From the human T2T-CHM13v2.0 reference genome, Homo sapiens, in assembly GCF_009914755.1 (NCBI RefSeq), contig NC_060943.1: DNA of 64,000 nucleotides. One strand, written 5' to 3'. Within the stretch, counting starts at the first letter, position 1, and every line of letters begins with the position of its first letter. The notes below the pieces were generated by a model, which worked only from the letters and a program-made list of their open reading frames with translations, did no database searches and was not told the DNA's origin. Below are positions 26,906 to 43,868 of the stretch, piece after piece. A program made the translations under genes and the position numbers.

Positions 26906-29616
26906 CATTGTTCCAAGGTTACAATCCTCAAGCTTGGCCCTGACGAACTCTCTAATTATATTCATGTTTCCTCAGTTTTTTCCTTTTAGGTAGACATATT
27001 AATAGAATGGGCTAGAGGAGCCTCTGTGAAGGGATCTCTCCTTTGATTGTACTCTGCTTGCTGTAACACCCAAGAATGCAGAGTCAGGCTAACCCCACTT
27101 AGAATCTGCACATAGGGTCAGGCCTCTGCCTGGGATTTACAAGACAGGGCCAGACTTTCAATTGTGAATGTAATGAAAACCAACAAAATGCATTTTCTGC
27201 ATTGTGAGATGTCAACATAGACATCTTAAAGCCCCCCTTTGAGAGTGTGGCTTTTTAAGCTTTTCAGATCTTGTTTAGTGACCTGCTACAGTTATATGAG
27301 AGGCTCCAGGTATAAATAGAATCTGATGACAGAATCTATAAGTGTAAACAAGCATCTTAAGAGTGAGGGATAAGGCCACAAAGTATCCAGAGCTATGACC
27401 ACAACTATACCTACCTGTAAATTGTAATAATGGAGTAGAGTATTCTTGTCCTTCTTACCCAAAAGCTAGCACATCAGGATAGGTGATCCAGGTTCTGGAG
27501 TTCCACCAAAGCAGTTCCATTTTCTATTTAGAATCAGCATGAATCTCTCTCAGCCTGGCTTATCACTGGGCCATCAGCCTTGAGTCACTGAGAACCGTCT
27601 CACAATCACCTAGGTGTCTTTAAGACATTTGAGGATGTCAGGGACAGAATTGTGTCGGGATTACATGGCCAATTTGCAGAAATCTCTTTACTTGTGCTCT
27701 CTCCACAGGTTCTGTGTATTGTTCTAGGTGAAAGTATTCATGTTTTAATTGTGTCTCATGTGACTCTTAAGGTGAGGACAGAATTAAGTGTGTGGGGTTC
27801 AAGATAGATTCATGAGAGTTAAGTTTCACCTTTGCACTAAAAGGTGGTCACAGGAACTGTTCCGTTTGGTTTTGATAGGAAGAGGTCAGTGTCACCCATA
27901 TTTTCATTACTATAGCAGAAATTGCTGGTGTTTGTGGCAAGGGCAGGCACATGAAGACAAATAGAGAAACATATTTTCATATTCATTGAGCAGCTCATTG
28001 TTCCTGAATCTCTCCTGTTATAAAGGACAAAAGTGAGTGGGCTTTTTCTGCAGTTCTTAGTTCTTTTTTTCTGTGGTTGTGAGGCTAGCAGGTAAATAGG
28101 TGGTGCTGACTTCTTTACAAGAATTTTCTCAGGATGCAGGTGTAACTTCTCCAGAGAATGTCATCTGAAAAGGATTTCCAAAGAAGGCAAAAGAGGAAAA
28201 ATGGCTTTTTTTTTCAGCTAAATATGTCTCAGATGAAGAGCTGTGTCCACTCTGCCTCCTGGATTGCCATGCGTTTAGTCCTTGCAAACCTTTACTTCCC
28301 TACTTGTGTTTCTTTCCCCTAATGAGTTTGTTTTAACTACTTTAGAAAATTCTTGTGATAGTCAAGGGTCTCTGCAAAATATTTCTCTCCTATATCCCAG
28401 AACCTTCTCTACACTCTCTAAATCATGGCTTCTTATACGCCATGCAGAATTCTTAAAATGAATTTATAATCTGCACTACTTAAAATGTTCCCTTTGTTGC
28501 CATTGAACGTGGGAAAATGTAGATATTCAAGATTCCCATTGGCGGAAAGCTGGGGTCCTTAGTAAAGATAAATAACATGTAATGTTGTGGTTTCATCTGT
28601 TTTCTCCATTAATTCTATGCAGAACAGGATTAATAAAATGCTTATTTAAACAGGATGGTGTTTATTACCCTGAAAGTTCTGAAAAAAAGTTATTGAGAGA
28701 TACCTGCTCTCTCAGGTGCTAAAGAAAGACTACTTTAAAATGTTATTAAAAATTGCAGAACATAGAAGATATCTGCATTTTGAACTCTGCATAAAACTGA
28801 TTTTTCTGTATGGTTAACCTCAGACTATAATTTACTTTTTGAGGGGCAATATCTCAGCAGTGATGATGTCTTCTTCTGTGTGCATCAGCACATCATAAAC
28901 ATTTGTCCTAATGCAGTTGATTTTAAAATTTACTTAAAAGAGCTCTCTGAAATATTTATTTCACTATAGAGTTAATTATTTTTCTCTTCATTATTAAGTA
29001 TCTTTATGTAGCTAAGGAAGAGCTGTGCATAAACCATCACATTTAATCTGGCAGCTGCCTTTCTTTGTTAGGTTTTCCTTGCATTTATCTGTCTTTGGAA
29101 AATGAAGACTCTTATCTTTGTTTACAGGGCAGAAAAATTGAGTAAAACACAGGTTCTTCCACTTACTGGATATTGACAAAATATTCTTTCTGGGCCAAAC
29201 ACATTGGCATTACTAGTGAACTTGTTAGAAATTCAGAAACTCAGAGTTTATTTCAGATCTTCTGGGAAAAAAGAATCTGCACAAGATCTCCAGTTTATTG
29301 TTCACATTAAAACTTGAGAGGTGCCTTCTAACTCAACATATCTTTTGTCTGAAAAATATACACAACTCATTCTTTGTGTGGCAAATATAGCACTAAAAAA
29401 TGTACATGTTTGTTTATGCCTTTAGCTTTATACTTTACTATTAATAAAAGTATATATACAGTGGTGTTGTAGATCTTATACCATTCTCTTCTCTCAGAGT
29501 TAGAGAATACATTAGAGAATATTTCTGTGTTGAAAATTGTTGGATAATTTCAGTCATTCCTGTAAGTCAGAACGAATTTTCTTTACTTTCTCATTTGACC
29601 TTAATTCAAATGATAA

Positions 29617-29865
<249 letters not shown>

Positions 29866-30274
29866 TAGAATAATTTTTGGTAATTTATGCTTTGCATAAG
29901 TGAGTTTCTGATGCCTGTTTTAAAGAAATCTTGAAGAACTGTCCGTGTGGAAAAAAATTTCTTCAGGATGTTTTATCTTGGCCTGATCTTTTTACATTTC
30001 TGAGCCGGTCTGTATCCTTCACTCTACAGTAGTGGTAATTTCAGAAATTTAGTAGTATAAAATATTGTTGTCCATATGTTAAAATCTATATGCCACCACT
30101 AATTTTTTATCCATGAATACTGGGTGGCAAAATTAAGCACCTACAAATTTAAAATATTTTCTAAATGTTAAGAACTTTCTGTCATTAAATAGTATTTTGG
30201 GATAAATTTTCTAGAATATTCTATTACATCCTCTTTACTAAGCATGGTACTAGGTAGGTAATTAGAGAATATGA

Positions 30275-30768
<494 letters not shown>

Positions 30769-31827
30769 TCAAAAAAAAAGGAAAAGAAAATAGTTATCAA
30801 GTGAATATAATACCATCACCAAATCTGTCCTGCTGATTTGGGAAGCTATGTTCCAAAGCAAAGAGTTTCTCGGAAGCCTTTGGCATTTTTTTGTTTTTTT
30901 TTTGTTGTTCTTTTTCTCACATAAGGCCATCTTCTGTCTTATGCTTTTAAATTCTCTAAGGATTCTACTTTCTCTTCATTGATACTCCTTTAAGTTTACA
31001 GTGAGAGCCAAATCATCTTCATGGCATATAAGAGACTGCACAATCTGACTGCTTTTCCATTGTTTTGGGGGACACACAAATATCTGCATCTGCATGATTT
31101 TGAGAAACTTTATGTTAAACTATTTTATTAGTTCTTTTTTTGCATCATTTCTAAAATGTATGAGGGTAGTGGTCTCTGTTCTATTGGTTTTTATGTTAAT
31201 TTTCTGAACATTCCATCCTGTTTTTATTAGTATATTCTTGAAATATAGTTTGAAATTATAAAGTATGATGTCCCTCTGCTTTGTTTTTTTTTCTCATAAT
31301 TAATTTGGCTATTCGAAGTTTATTGTAGTTTTTTGTAAATTTTAAAATCGTAGTTTTCATTACTATAAGAAAAAAATGCCACTGGAATTTTGATAGGTCG
31401 TTTGCTGAATCTATAGATTACTTTGGAGAATATGGTACTTTAACAGTATTTATTTTTTCAATCCATAAATATGAAATATTTGTAAATTTATTTGTGTCTT
31501 GCCTAATTCCTTTTATTGATTTATATCTTTTATTGTTAACATTTTTTGCCTCGGGTTAAATTTGTTCTTAGAAATTTATTATTTTAATTATATTTTTAAA
31601 AAGATTGCTTTCTTGGCTGCACGGTGGCTGGGGCCTGTAATCCCAGCACTTTGGGAGGCTGAGGCCGGTGGATCACTTGAGTTCAGGAGTTCGAGACTAG
31701 TCTCGCCATTATGGTGAAACCCCGTCTCTACTGAAAATACAAATAATTAGTTGGGTGTGGCTGTGGGCACTTGTAATCCCAGCTACTCAGGAGGCTGAAC
31801 CAGGGGAATCACTATTATTAATCTTAA

Positions 31828-32019
<192 letters not shown>

Positions 32020-32075
32020 TAGAGACGGGGTTTCACCGTTTTAGCCAGGATGGTCTCTATCTCCTGACCTCGTGA
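32020..32075 (+). CDS. ZNF493: Probable Alu-derived alternative terminal exon giving a KRAB-only ZNF493 isoform
   Basis: tattttcag| acceptor in antisense Alu, in phase with exon 3 ([18 protein letters not shown]); AATAAA at 32137-32142. Confidence 0.6.
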
Positions 32076-33169
32076 TCCGCCCGCCTCAGTCTCCCAAAGT
32101 GCTGGTATTACAGGCGTGAGCCACCATGCCCAGCCTAATAAAAATTTTTTTATTTCTATTGTATCCAATAGCTTGTTTTAAGTGTGTAGAACAATAACTT
32201 ACACTTTTATGTTAATTTTATATTTTGTTAATTTACTGACTGTATTATTAGTTTAGACAAATTTCAATGTACTGTGGTTTTTTATGTGTAAGATTATATA
32301 TTCCTCAAACAGCAACTTTTTACTTATTTGTCTTCAGTTTCAATGGCTTTAAAAAGAATTCTTTTTTCATTATTCTGCCATATGCTTCCAGTGCTATGTT
32401 AAAATAGAAACATTGACAAAGGGCACAATAGAGTTTACTATTGGTGTCTGTGAATTTGAAATGGCAAACAACTCCTTAAGTTTTTATAAGCTGATTTCAG
32501 GAGGTAAAGATCTTCTTTTCTTGTGTTCCCCAGGGTTTTGGGATGCCCTCTGGGTTTGTAGTGGAGTGGGGTTGTAACTTGGTTGCAAGGCTGCTGGTTC
32601 TACATTAGGGTCCATATTTAGTTGTCATGTTACAAGAGGCTTGGGTAGTTGTACTTCCCAATTTTTTTTTTTTTTTTTTTTTTTTGAGACAGGAGTCTCG
32701 CTCTGTCGCCTGGCTGGAGTGCAGTGGTGTGATCTCAGCTCATCAAAACCTTTGCCTCCCTAGTTCAAGCGATTCTCCTACCTCAGCCTCCTGAGTAGCT
32801 GGGATTACAGGTGCCCACCAGCACGCCCAGCTAATTTTTTGTGTGTTTTTAGTGGAGACGGGGTTTCACCATGTTGGCTAAGCTGGGTCTCGAACTCCTG
32901 ACCTCAGGTGATCCACCCGCCTTGGCCTCCTGGGTGCTGGGATTACAGACGTGAGCCACCACCCCCGGCCACTTGTTTCTTTTAAATGCTTATTAAAAGT
33001 TTCTCATCAGAATATTTTATTTATAATTATACTGCATATTCTCTGAAATTTTACTGCCAATTTTTCAAAATACCTGCTTTTGATGAGTACAGTTACAGTC
33101 AAATACTGTAGTTAGACAAATTCTTTTTTAATGGTATATTAATGTTGCATACCAAATTGTATGAGTTAA

Positions 33170-33631
<462 letters not shown>

Positions 33632-35345
33632 TAGCCAGGATGGTCTCGATCTCCTGACCTCGTGATCTGCCTGCCTCAGCCTCCCAAAGTGCTGGGATCA
33701 GAGGTGTGAGCCACTGCACCCTGCCTCTTGTATATATTCTTTCTTAGCTGGTTTTCAGTGGTTGTTTTATCTTGTCTAAATGTGTAGTCATGTAAATATT
33801 TTCACCATTTCTTATTTTCATGATGTGTTTAATCATGAATATATATTCCCTTTGTGTAAGAGAAACACTTCTGGGATTTGAAGGTAATTTTTGAAAAGAT
33901 TTATAATTCTTTATTTTTTTCAGTTTTTCTGTTAGAAAATTAATTGTTGTAAAAACACATAAAATTTAGCATCTTAAATCTATTTAAGTGTACATTTCAT
34001 GGCCCAACATGTGGGTGGCTCATATCTGTAATTTCAGAAATTTGGGAGTCCAAAACAGGAAGATCACTTGAGCCCAAAAGTGTCAGACCAGCCTGGGCAA
34101 CATATGAAGAGTCTCTCTTTACAAAAATTTTTTAAAAATAGCCAGGCGTGGTGGTGTGCACCTGTGGTTCCAGCTACTTGGGAGATTGAGAGGGGAGGAT
34201 TACTTGAGCCTGGAAGTTTGAGGCTGAAGTGACCCTTAATTGTGCCACTTCGTGTCAGCTTGGGTGACAGAGTGAGACCCTGTCTCAAAAAGAAGCTGTA
34301 TATTTCAGGCATGTTAAGTATATTCACATTGTCATGCAAAAGACTTCTAAAAGTTTTACATCTTGTGAAACTAAAACCCAGTACCCATTAAGTAACAACA
34401 ACGCATTTACCCTCTTCCCAGCCCTTGGCAAACACCCTTCCAATTTCTGTTTTTATAAGTGTGACTACTTAAGATATATAAGCGGAATCATACAGTATTC
34501 ATCATTTTGTTTCTGGCATATAGGTGACATAATATTTGCAAAGTTTATCTTAAAATGTGACAATATTTTCTTCTTTAAGACTGAATAATATTTCATTGTG
34601 TATATATATATATATATATATATATGCAACACTTTTGATGTGTTTATAAATCAAGAGACATCTGAGTTGTTTCAGCCCTTTGGCTTTTGTGAATACGGGT
34701 ACAATAAACATGGATGTTCTAATAGGTCTTCCAGGTCTTCTGTTGCATATTTTGACTATAAATTCATAAATGGGATTGCTGTATTTGATGATAATTCCAT
34801 TTTTAATTATTTGAGAAACATAACATTTTAAAATAATGATTGTATCTTTGTTTTCTACTAACAATCAACATAGGTTTCATTTTTATTGCATCATCAACAT
34901 ATTTGGTGTGCTTAAAATTTTATAGTGGCCATTGTAATGGGTGTGAGGCAATTTTTTCATTGTTATTTTCGTGTGTTTCTCTACAAAGTATTAATTTTCT
35001 GTGTCATTTCAAATGCTCTTTTTCTATATGTGTATCTTTTCTGATGAAAATTTTGTTCAATTATTTGCTCATCTATAAATTAATTTAGCTTTATTGTTCA
35101 GTTTTAAGAGTTCATATGTTATGAATATTAACTACTATCACATATGATTTTTGAATTTTTTTAATGTGCGGAAATTTTCAAGTATAGTGTAGTTACATTT
35201 TTCTGTTTTTTTCTTTGTTGTTCATGCATTTAATATCATATCTAAGAAAATGGTGCCAAGACTCATATTATTTCTTTTTTCTAAGAGATTTATTACTTTT
35301 TCATGTCTAAGTTTTTTTGTTTTTGTTTTTGTTTTTGTTTTTTGA

Positions 35346-35507
<162 letters not shown>

Positions 35508-35510
35508 TAG

Positions 35511-35645
<135 letters not shown>

Positions 35646-35935
35646 TAAATTTTGTGAATATAGTTTTTAAAAATGATGTAACTGTATTTCATCAGTGTTG
35701 ATGTTTTTAACATTATTTTTTGAGAAAATTATCTTTTCTGTATCGTGTGCTCATGGCAACTTTGCAAAAGATCATGTAATCATATACAGAAGGCTTCATT
35801 TCTGGGCTCTCTGTTCTGTTCTTTCATCTTTTTATCTTTGTGTAAGTATCACACTTTTTGTTATTGTAGCTTTTAATGTGTTTTGAAATCAGAAAGTATA
35901 ATGTCTCTCTGTTCTTTTTTATGAGTGTTTTGCTA

Positions 35936-36336
<401 letters not shown>

Positions 36337-36558
36337 TCACCCAAGCAAGAGTACAGTGGCTGAATCTCAGCTTACTGTATCCTCTGCCTTTTGGTTTCAG
36401 GCAATTCTCCTCCCTCAATCTCACATTGCATTAAATCTGTAGATTACATTGAGCATTATGGACATCTTCAAAATATTTCAAATTTTGAACAGGAGCATGC
36501 TGAAGAGTGTGTTGTTTAATTTCTATGTATTTGTACATTTTTTTTCTCTATCTTATAC

Positions 36559-39500
36559 TGCCGAGACCAGCTCAGTCGGGGAGACCCTAACCCAACGGTG
36601 CTAGAGGAATTAAAGACACACACACACAGAAATATAGAGGTGTGAAGTGGGAAATCAGAAAAGGTTTGGAGCTGAGAGCCCCGAACAGAGATTTACCCAC
36701 ATATTTATTAACAGCAAGCCAGTCATTAGCATTGTTTCTATAAAAGATTAACTAAAAGTATCCCTTATGGGAAATGGAGGGATGGGCCAAAATAAAGGGA
36801 TGGGTTGGGCTAGTTATCTGCAGCAGGAGCATGTCCTTAAGGCACAGATGGCTCCTGCTATTGTTTATGGTTTAAGAATGCCTTTAAGTGGTCTTCCACC
36901 CTGGGTGGGCCAGGTATTCCTTGCCCTCATTCCGGTAAACCGACAGCCTTCCAGCATGGGTGTTATGGCCATCATGAACATGTCACAGTGCTGCAGAGAT
37001 TTAGTTTATGGCCAGTTTTGGGGCCAGTTTATGGCCAGATTTTGGGGGGCCTGTTCCCAACATGTCTCTCTTCTTTGATTTGCAAATCAATAAAGGCAAA
37101 GGCAGCTTTGTCACGGTGAGCTACTTCTCGCAGGAGTCAGGATCCACATCTGCAGACTATCAGCACAGATTAAAAGCACAATCATCTTTGAAATCACAGA
37201 ACTTCCAAGTGTTTTTATCCATTTTAATGGGTTACTAGCTGCTAATCTGTCTGCAGCTCCATTAAGCACTCCAGTTCTTGGCATTAACATCAGGTGTGCT
37301 TGGGATGCTTTAAATATTTTAATTTTGCAATATCCAAAAACAACTTTGTAGAGTGTCTTTCTAGATGCTTTTTTATTCTTTCCCAAATTTTGATCTTATT
37401 AAGAACTATTAATAGTGTCCACAAATCCTTGTGTTTAGCTCCTACAGCAGGCCTTATCATTTGAGGTTGAGGTGCCACTATACTGCCATGGTTCCAGATA
37501 ATAGAACTCTTGCCATACTTCTTATCATTTCTATCATCTGACCATTTTGTTCAGATCAGCTGAACACAGTGTGGCTGTGGCACACAGACTGAGAGGTGCA
37601 ATTTAAGCTAAACATCCCCTTAGGAGACCAGCTAATAATGATTCCATGGGAATCATTGTGCAGCACCTCTGCCTGTTCTGCAATGCAATCTTTCTAAAGA
37701 AGTACATTCATTTTTTCTGGCCAGGTACTATTTTGTTTACAAATAGGTTTTTGAGGGCAGTATGCCTCAATTATAGGAGCAGATTTATTATGGTAAATAC
37801 TGAGATAAGAAAGCATGTGTAACTGTGTCATAGAGTGATTACATCCAGGCATTATTACCAGCCAAGATAGATAAATATGCCCAATAAGTATAATTGTTCT
37901 CTGTGTCAGCCCTTGTTGAAGGAATACTCATGGCAATGGTGATAACTGCTATCATAGCTACCATTAAATTGCTCATTGTGACTGGTTGTCCCACTTTCTT
38001 CAGGTTTTCTTCCGCCATCTGTGACAGCTTCTTGATCTGTCCCAAGGTGGGTGGCTGTGTTCGACGTGTGTTGCTTGTGACGCTTGGGGTTGTCCTCAGC
38101 ATCAATCTTGACATGGCTGCAACGAGGGGGTCCTCGGGATCCTCCCAGAATCTCTTCCTCAGCATCTGGCTCATGATAAAGTTTCAGGTATCTTGATGGT
38201 ATCCAAATCAGCTGTTGATTTTGGCCTGGAGGAACACAAGCATAATCTCTACCCCAAGTTATTTTACCCATTTGCCAACTTTTTGTTATTGGATCTCTCC
38301 ACCAAATCAGTTGTTCTGCTTCTCTCTTTGCAGCTGGTTTCTGTACATGCTGTTCAGCTGCTGATAACATCTGGCCTTTGGGCAGGCTCAAAAAATTTAA
38401 AGTTAATAATGCTAGATTCAGGAGCATCTGTGGGGTTACATATTGTCTATTTCCCCCCGTCTCCTTCTGCAACTGCTGTTTTAGGGAGAGATTCATTCTT
38501 TCCACTATGGCTTGTCCTTGAGAATTGTATGGGATACCGGTAATGTGTTTAATATTCCACACAGAGAAAAATGTAGCTAGAGCTTGGCTAGTATAGCCTG
38601 GGGCATTATCTGTTTTAATAGAAGCTGGAATGCCCACCACCACAAAACACTGCAAAAGGTGATGTTTAACTAACACAGGCAGAAGACTCTCCTGATTGGC
38701 ATGTAGCCCAGACAAAGTAAGAAAAGGTGTCCACACATACATGTATATAAGCTAGTCTCCCAAATGAGGGAACATGTGTGACATCCATTTGCCAAATAGA
38801 GTTAGGTTCCAATCCTCGAGGATTAACCCCTCCTGTAAAAGATGAGGAATGTACCATTTGGCAAGTTGGGCATTGCTGGATAATAGCTTTAGCTTCTTTC
38901 CAGGTAATGCTGTATCTGCATTTGAGACTAGAGGCATTAACATGGGTTAAATTGTGAAAGTGTCTAGCATTAGATATTGCGTTAGCAACTAGGCAATCGG
39001 CCATTTGATTCCCTTCAGTCAAAGGTCCTGGAAGAGGTGTATGAGCGAGCCCTAATGTGAGTGATGTAAAAAGGATGCATTGTACTCCTAACTGCTATTT
39101 GCAATTGGGTAAATAAAGTGATCAGTTGTTCATCTGTATGAAATCGTAACTGAGCATTTTCAATAAACTGTGTGGAATGAACCACGTGTGAAGAATCAGA
39201 AATCACATTAATAGGCATATCAAAAGCAGTCAATACCTCAATTGCAGCTACAAGTTCTGCTTTTTGAGCTGAAGTATAGGGCGTCTGGAAAACTTTACTT
39301 TTCCAGCCAGAATAAGAAGCTTTACCATTACTAAACCCATCTGTAAAAACATACTCAGCACCTTCAATTGGTTTACATTTAGTTATTTTAGGGAGAATCC
39401 AATTAGTTAATTTCAAAAACTGAAACAGTTTTGTTTTAGGAAAATGATTATCGAGAATGCCCACAAAGTCATCTAAATGGGTTTGCCAAGTAAGACTATT

Positions 39501-42500
39501 TATAAAAGCTTGCTGTATTTGTACCTTCGTGAGAGAGACAATAACTTTTCCAGGATCATATCTGTGTAATTTAACAATCCGAGTTCTCCCAATCCCTATC
39601 ACAGTAGCGATTTGATTTAAATAAGGAGTTAGAGTCCATGAATTAGTATGTGGAAGAAAAAGCCACTCTACTAAGTCCTGTTCTTGGACAATAACACCAG
39701 TAGGTGAATGCTGAGTTGAAAAAATTAGCAAATCTAGAGTCTTCTCTGGGTCTATTCTATTTATTTGAGCTTTATGGACTTGCTTCTCAATTAGTTGTAA
39801 CTCTCCCTCAGCCTCCTTTGTTAATTGCTGAGGGCTAGTGAGACTAGGATTTCCTCTAAGGATAGAAAACAGATTACTCATGGCATAGGTAGGAATGCCT
39901 AGAGCAGATTGTATCCAATTAATGTCCCCTAGTAATTTTTGAAAGTCATTTAATGTTTTCAATTGATCCCTACATATTGTTCCTTTCTGTGGCACAATGG
40001 TAGTGTCATTTACTAGGGTCCCCAAGTAGGAGTAGGGAGTAGTAGTCTGAATTTTGTCAGGAGCCATAAGTAAACCAGTGCAAGAAATCAAATTTTGCAA
40101 GGGATCATAACATTGGAGTAATATTTCTCAAGTGGCGGCAGCACAAAGTATATCAACCATATAATGAATAATGTAACACTGTGAAAATATTTTATGAGTA
40201 GGTCAATTACTTGCCCTACATATGTATGGCAAATTGTTGGACTGTTTAACATGCCTTGTGGCAACATTTTCCAATGAAAACGCTTAGCAGGCTGCTAAGC
40301 GTTGTTGTTTACTGCAGGAATTGTAAATGCAAACCATTCACAGTCTTGCTCAGATAAAAGGATAGTAAAGAAACAGTCTTTTAAATCTATGACTATTAAA
40401 GGCCAATTTTTTGGAATTATAGCAGGAGAAGGCAATCCTGGTTGTAATGCTCCCATAGGTTGTATAACTGAATTGATGGCTCTTAAGTCAGTTAACATTC
40501 TCCATTTACCTGATTTTTTCTTAATTATGAAAACTGGAGAATTCCAAGAGGAAAATGTTGGAGCTATGTGCCCATTTTCTAATTGTTCAGTAACTAATTT
40601 CTCTAAAGCCTCCAGTTTCTCTTTATTTAGCAGCCATTGTTCTATCCAAATTGGCTTATCTGTTAACCATTTTAAAGGTATAGGTTCTGGAGGCTTAACA
40701 ATGGCTGCCATCAAAAATGATATCCTAATCTTTGGCGGGAACTCTGTTTTTCCGCTGGAAGTGGTTTTTTCAAACCTTGCACATTTTTTTTCTAGTACCA
40801 TACCAGGAACATACCCCATTTCATGCATTGTATGTTCTTTGAGGGCTATATAATTGTTCTGGAATTAGAACTTGTGCTCCCCATTGTTGTAATAAATCTC
40901 TTCCCCATAAATTTATAGGTACAGAAGTTATAATTGGTTGAATAGTCCCAGGTTGTCCATCGGGCCCTTCACAATGTAAAATATAACTACTTCGATATAC
41001 TTCAGGGGCTTTACCAACTCCAACTATATTAAATTGAGTGTGTTGAATTGGTCACGCGGATGGCCAATGCTGTAGAGAAAAGATTGAAATGTTGACTCCT
41101 GTATCTACCAAACCTTTAAATTTCTTTCCCTGAATAGTTATGTCACAGGTAGGACGTTTACTAGTGATTTGATTTACCCAATAAGCTACTTTGCCTTGTT
41201 TATTTGTGCTTCCAAATCCTCCTGTTCGTTTAATTTCACTTTTTCCCATTCCCACATATGGCACAATCAGGAGCTGTGCTATGCGCTCTCCTGGCTCTGC
41301 TTTCCAGGGAACAGAAGTAGATATAACAATTTGAATTTCCCCATTGTAGTCTTGAATCAGTGACTCCTGTATCTATTTGTACCCCTTTTAAACTTAAACT
41401 AGAACTTCCTAGAGCTAACTCCTATTGTCCCTGCTGGCAAGGGTCCACAGACTGCTGTTGGGAACTTTAGCGGGGGTTCCCAAGGCAGAAGGCTCACAGG
41501 TTTTGCAGCATAAGTCTACTGTGGCACTACCAGCTGTGGCGGGGGACAGACATTGTACAGGGGTGAGGGAATGGCCTGAGCTGGAAATGCCCCAGTTTAG
41601 AACGGGGCCTGAGACGGGCCCCTCATGGCATTTCCCAAAATCAGGTTCCCATCTTTATCAAACAGAGTGGCACTGATTAGCCCAATGTTTTCCTTTTTTA
41701 CATTTTGGACATATTTCAGACTCAGTAGTTTTCTTTTTTCCCCTATCTGGTGGCCTGACTTGCTGATTTTTTCTACATTCTTTTTTAGTATGACCATGCT
41801 TCCCACAGTTAAAACAAGCTCCAGGAAATGGAGTATTTCCTTTATCCACTCTCAGTCTTGTCGTTGCCTGTGCTAGCAGAGTAGCCTTACGCAGATTACC
41901 TCCAATACCATCAAAGGCCTGGATATAATCAACTAAATGTGCTTTCCCTCTGATAGGTCACACAGCAGCCTGGCAATCGGGATTAGCATTGTTGAAAGCT
42001 AGTAACTGCAACACTATATCCTGAGCAGCCGAATCTGTAATCACCTTTTTAAGAGACTCCTGTAACCAAGCTGTAAAATCCATATACGGTTCTTTTGGTC
42101 CCTGTTTTATAGCACTAAAGGAAGGGTATTATTCTCCACATGAAGTGGTCTTTTCCCAAGCTGTAATACACACTCCTGTAAGCTATTCTGTGGCATCATC
42201 CTGCATGACCAGTTGTGCATCTAAACCAGCCCAGCCGCCAACCCCCAAAAGTTGGTCTGAGTTATATTAATTTGAGGATGGGCCTGGGTATTGCGAGCAG
42301 CCTGAATGGAAGCTTCATCTGCCCACCAAGTTTTAAATTGTAAGAACTGGGCAGGAGTTAGACAAGCTCAAGTAAGAGCATCCCAGTTAGTAGGAATCAT
42401 CAGACTGGAAACGGCAACATTCTTTAAGAGTCTTATTACAAAAGGAGAACCTAGTCCATACTGATTAATAGCTTGTTTAAATTCTTTGAGTAATTTAAAA

Positions 42501-43556
42501 GGAAAAGGCTCAAATGTAGCTATAATATTTCACCATTGATCTGGGGAGTGTATTCTAACAAGGAACTGCCAAGCCTCTATATCACTCTCTCGTCTAGCTT
42601 GCTGAATTCCTGCCTGAATGGAACTAAGAGCAGTTGCTCGAGGCACTGCTCGAACAGTCACTGGGGCAACTACTTTTCACCCAGTGTCCTCTGGAAAAGA
42701 AAGATCTGGAGGGTCAGGCCACTCTTTTTCTTCAAAATAATAATGAGGGGGTGTAGAAGGGTAGGGATGAACCTCTCCCTCCTGTGCCTCTTTAGCTTTC
42801 ACTGGCAAATAAACCTGATATGTAACCTCTTCTGTTACTTCATTATACTCTCCTTCCTCCTCATTATCAGTGTGAAAAAGTTCCAAGGTGGAATGAACCA
42901 CAGCACACACTTGTCCCATTGTTACCCTGATGCTTCCAAGCTCCCCTTCTTACTCATCATGGGGATTGCTTTAAGAGTACTTGGGTGTCCTCCGGCTTAG
43001 TTCTACATTCTCCAACCATCACTCCACTGACCTTCAACCTGGATTCGAGCCCCCATGATGGACGCCACTTGCTGAGACCACCTCGGTCAGGGAGACCCTA
43101 ACCCAGCGGCACTAGAGGAATTAAAGACACACACACAGAAATATAGAGGTGTGAAGTGGGAAATCAGGGGCCTCAGCCTTCAGAGCTGAGATCCCTGAAC
43201 AGAGATTTACCCACGTATTTATTAACAGCAAGCCAGTCATTAGCACTGTTTCTAGAGATATTAGATTAACTGAAAGTATCCCTTATGGGAAACGAAGGGA
43301 TGAGCCAAAATAAAGGGATGGGTTGGGCTAGTTATCTGCAGCAGGAGCATGCTTTTTTTTGTGGTTTAAGAATGCCTTTATGCAGTTTTCCTTCCTGGGT
43401 GGGCCAGGTGTTCCTTGCCCTCATTCTGGTAAACCCACAACCTCCCAGCGTGGGCGTTATGGCCATCATGAACATGTTACAGTGCTGCAGAGATTTTCTT
43501 TATGGCCAGTTTTGGGGCCACTTTTTGGCCAGATTTTGGGGGGCCTGTTCCCAACA
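36559..43556 (-). mobile_element. Defective HERV-K(HML-3)/HERVK9 provirus with two MER9 LTRs; gag-dUTPase/pro-pol and a largely deleted env
   Basis: LTRs 43070-43556 (5') and 36559-37062 (3') read tgttgggaacaggcccccc...ggtctc(g/a)gca; PBS tggcgtccatcatggggg; PPT; Gag MGQV and CFNCGKHGHTKKEC knuckle, protease LVDTG, RT DLKDCFF, RNase H FTDG, IN WQMDVTH and KTDNAPG; frameshifts; RT motif reads YMVD. Confidence 0.93.
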
Positions 43557-43820
43557 TGTAAGCTCAGTGCTTTGCTGAGTTCTCTGAGTAATCTTTCAAA
43601 TTATTCAAATTATTGAACTTGAGGAGGAAGATGTGGAAGACCTTGGCTTGTTAGCAGTAGTTCAGAAATAGATGGTTATCCAGAGCCATGTGACTGGCAT
43701 CTGTAGTTGTGACAGTGTGGTGGGACTGAACCCTGAACTTGTGGATTCTGTGTTGACTCTGGGTGGTGTCAGAATTGAGTTGTTGGACAGCCAGTTGGTG
43801 TTGGATAATTGATTGGTGTT
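43557..43820 (+). mobile_element. MER21-like LTR 3' fragment
   Basis: gtgctttgctgagttctctgagt...gactggcatctg...gggactgaaccct...gtgtcagaattga resemble recalled MER21 consensus. Confidence 0.6.
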
Positions 43821-43868
43821 CAGCATACTACAACTTTTTTTGTCAGACGAGATCTACCACAGGGGCCT

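Noticed and set aside
26910-29600. Alu-free stretch of ZNF493 intron 1 as a novel element
   Set aside because: No ORF or structure I can support; probably shared family intron sequence with old repeat fragments.
39015-40100. 361-aa pol ORF as a possibly domesticated protein
   Set aside because: Lacks the RT N-terminus, adjacent catalytic motif reads YMVD, frameshifts flank it; ordinary residual openness.
40302-40853. 183-aa plus-strand ORF
   Set aside because: Antisense shadow of retroviral RT with no independent support.
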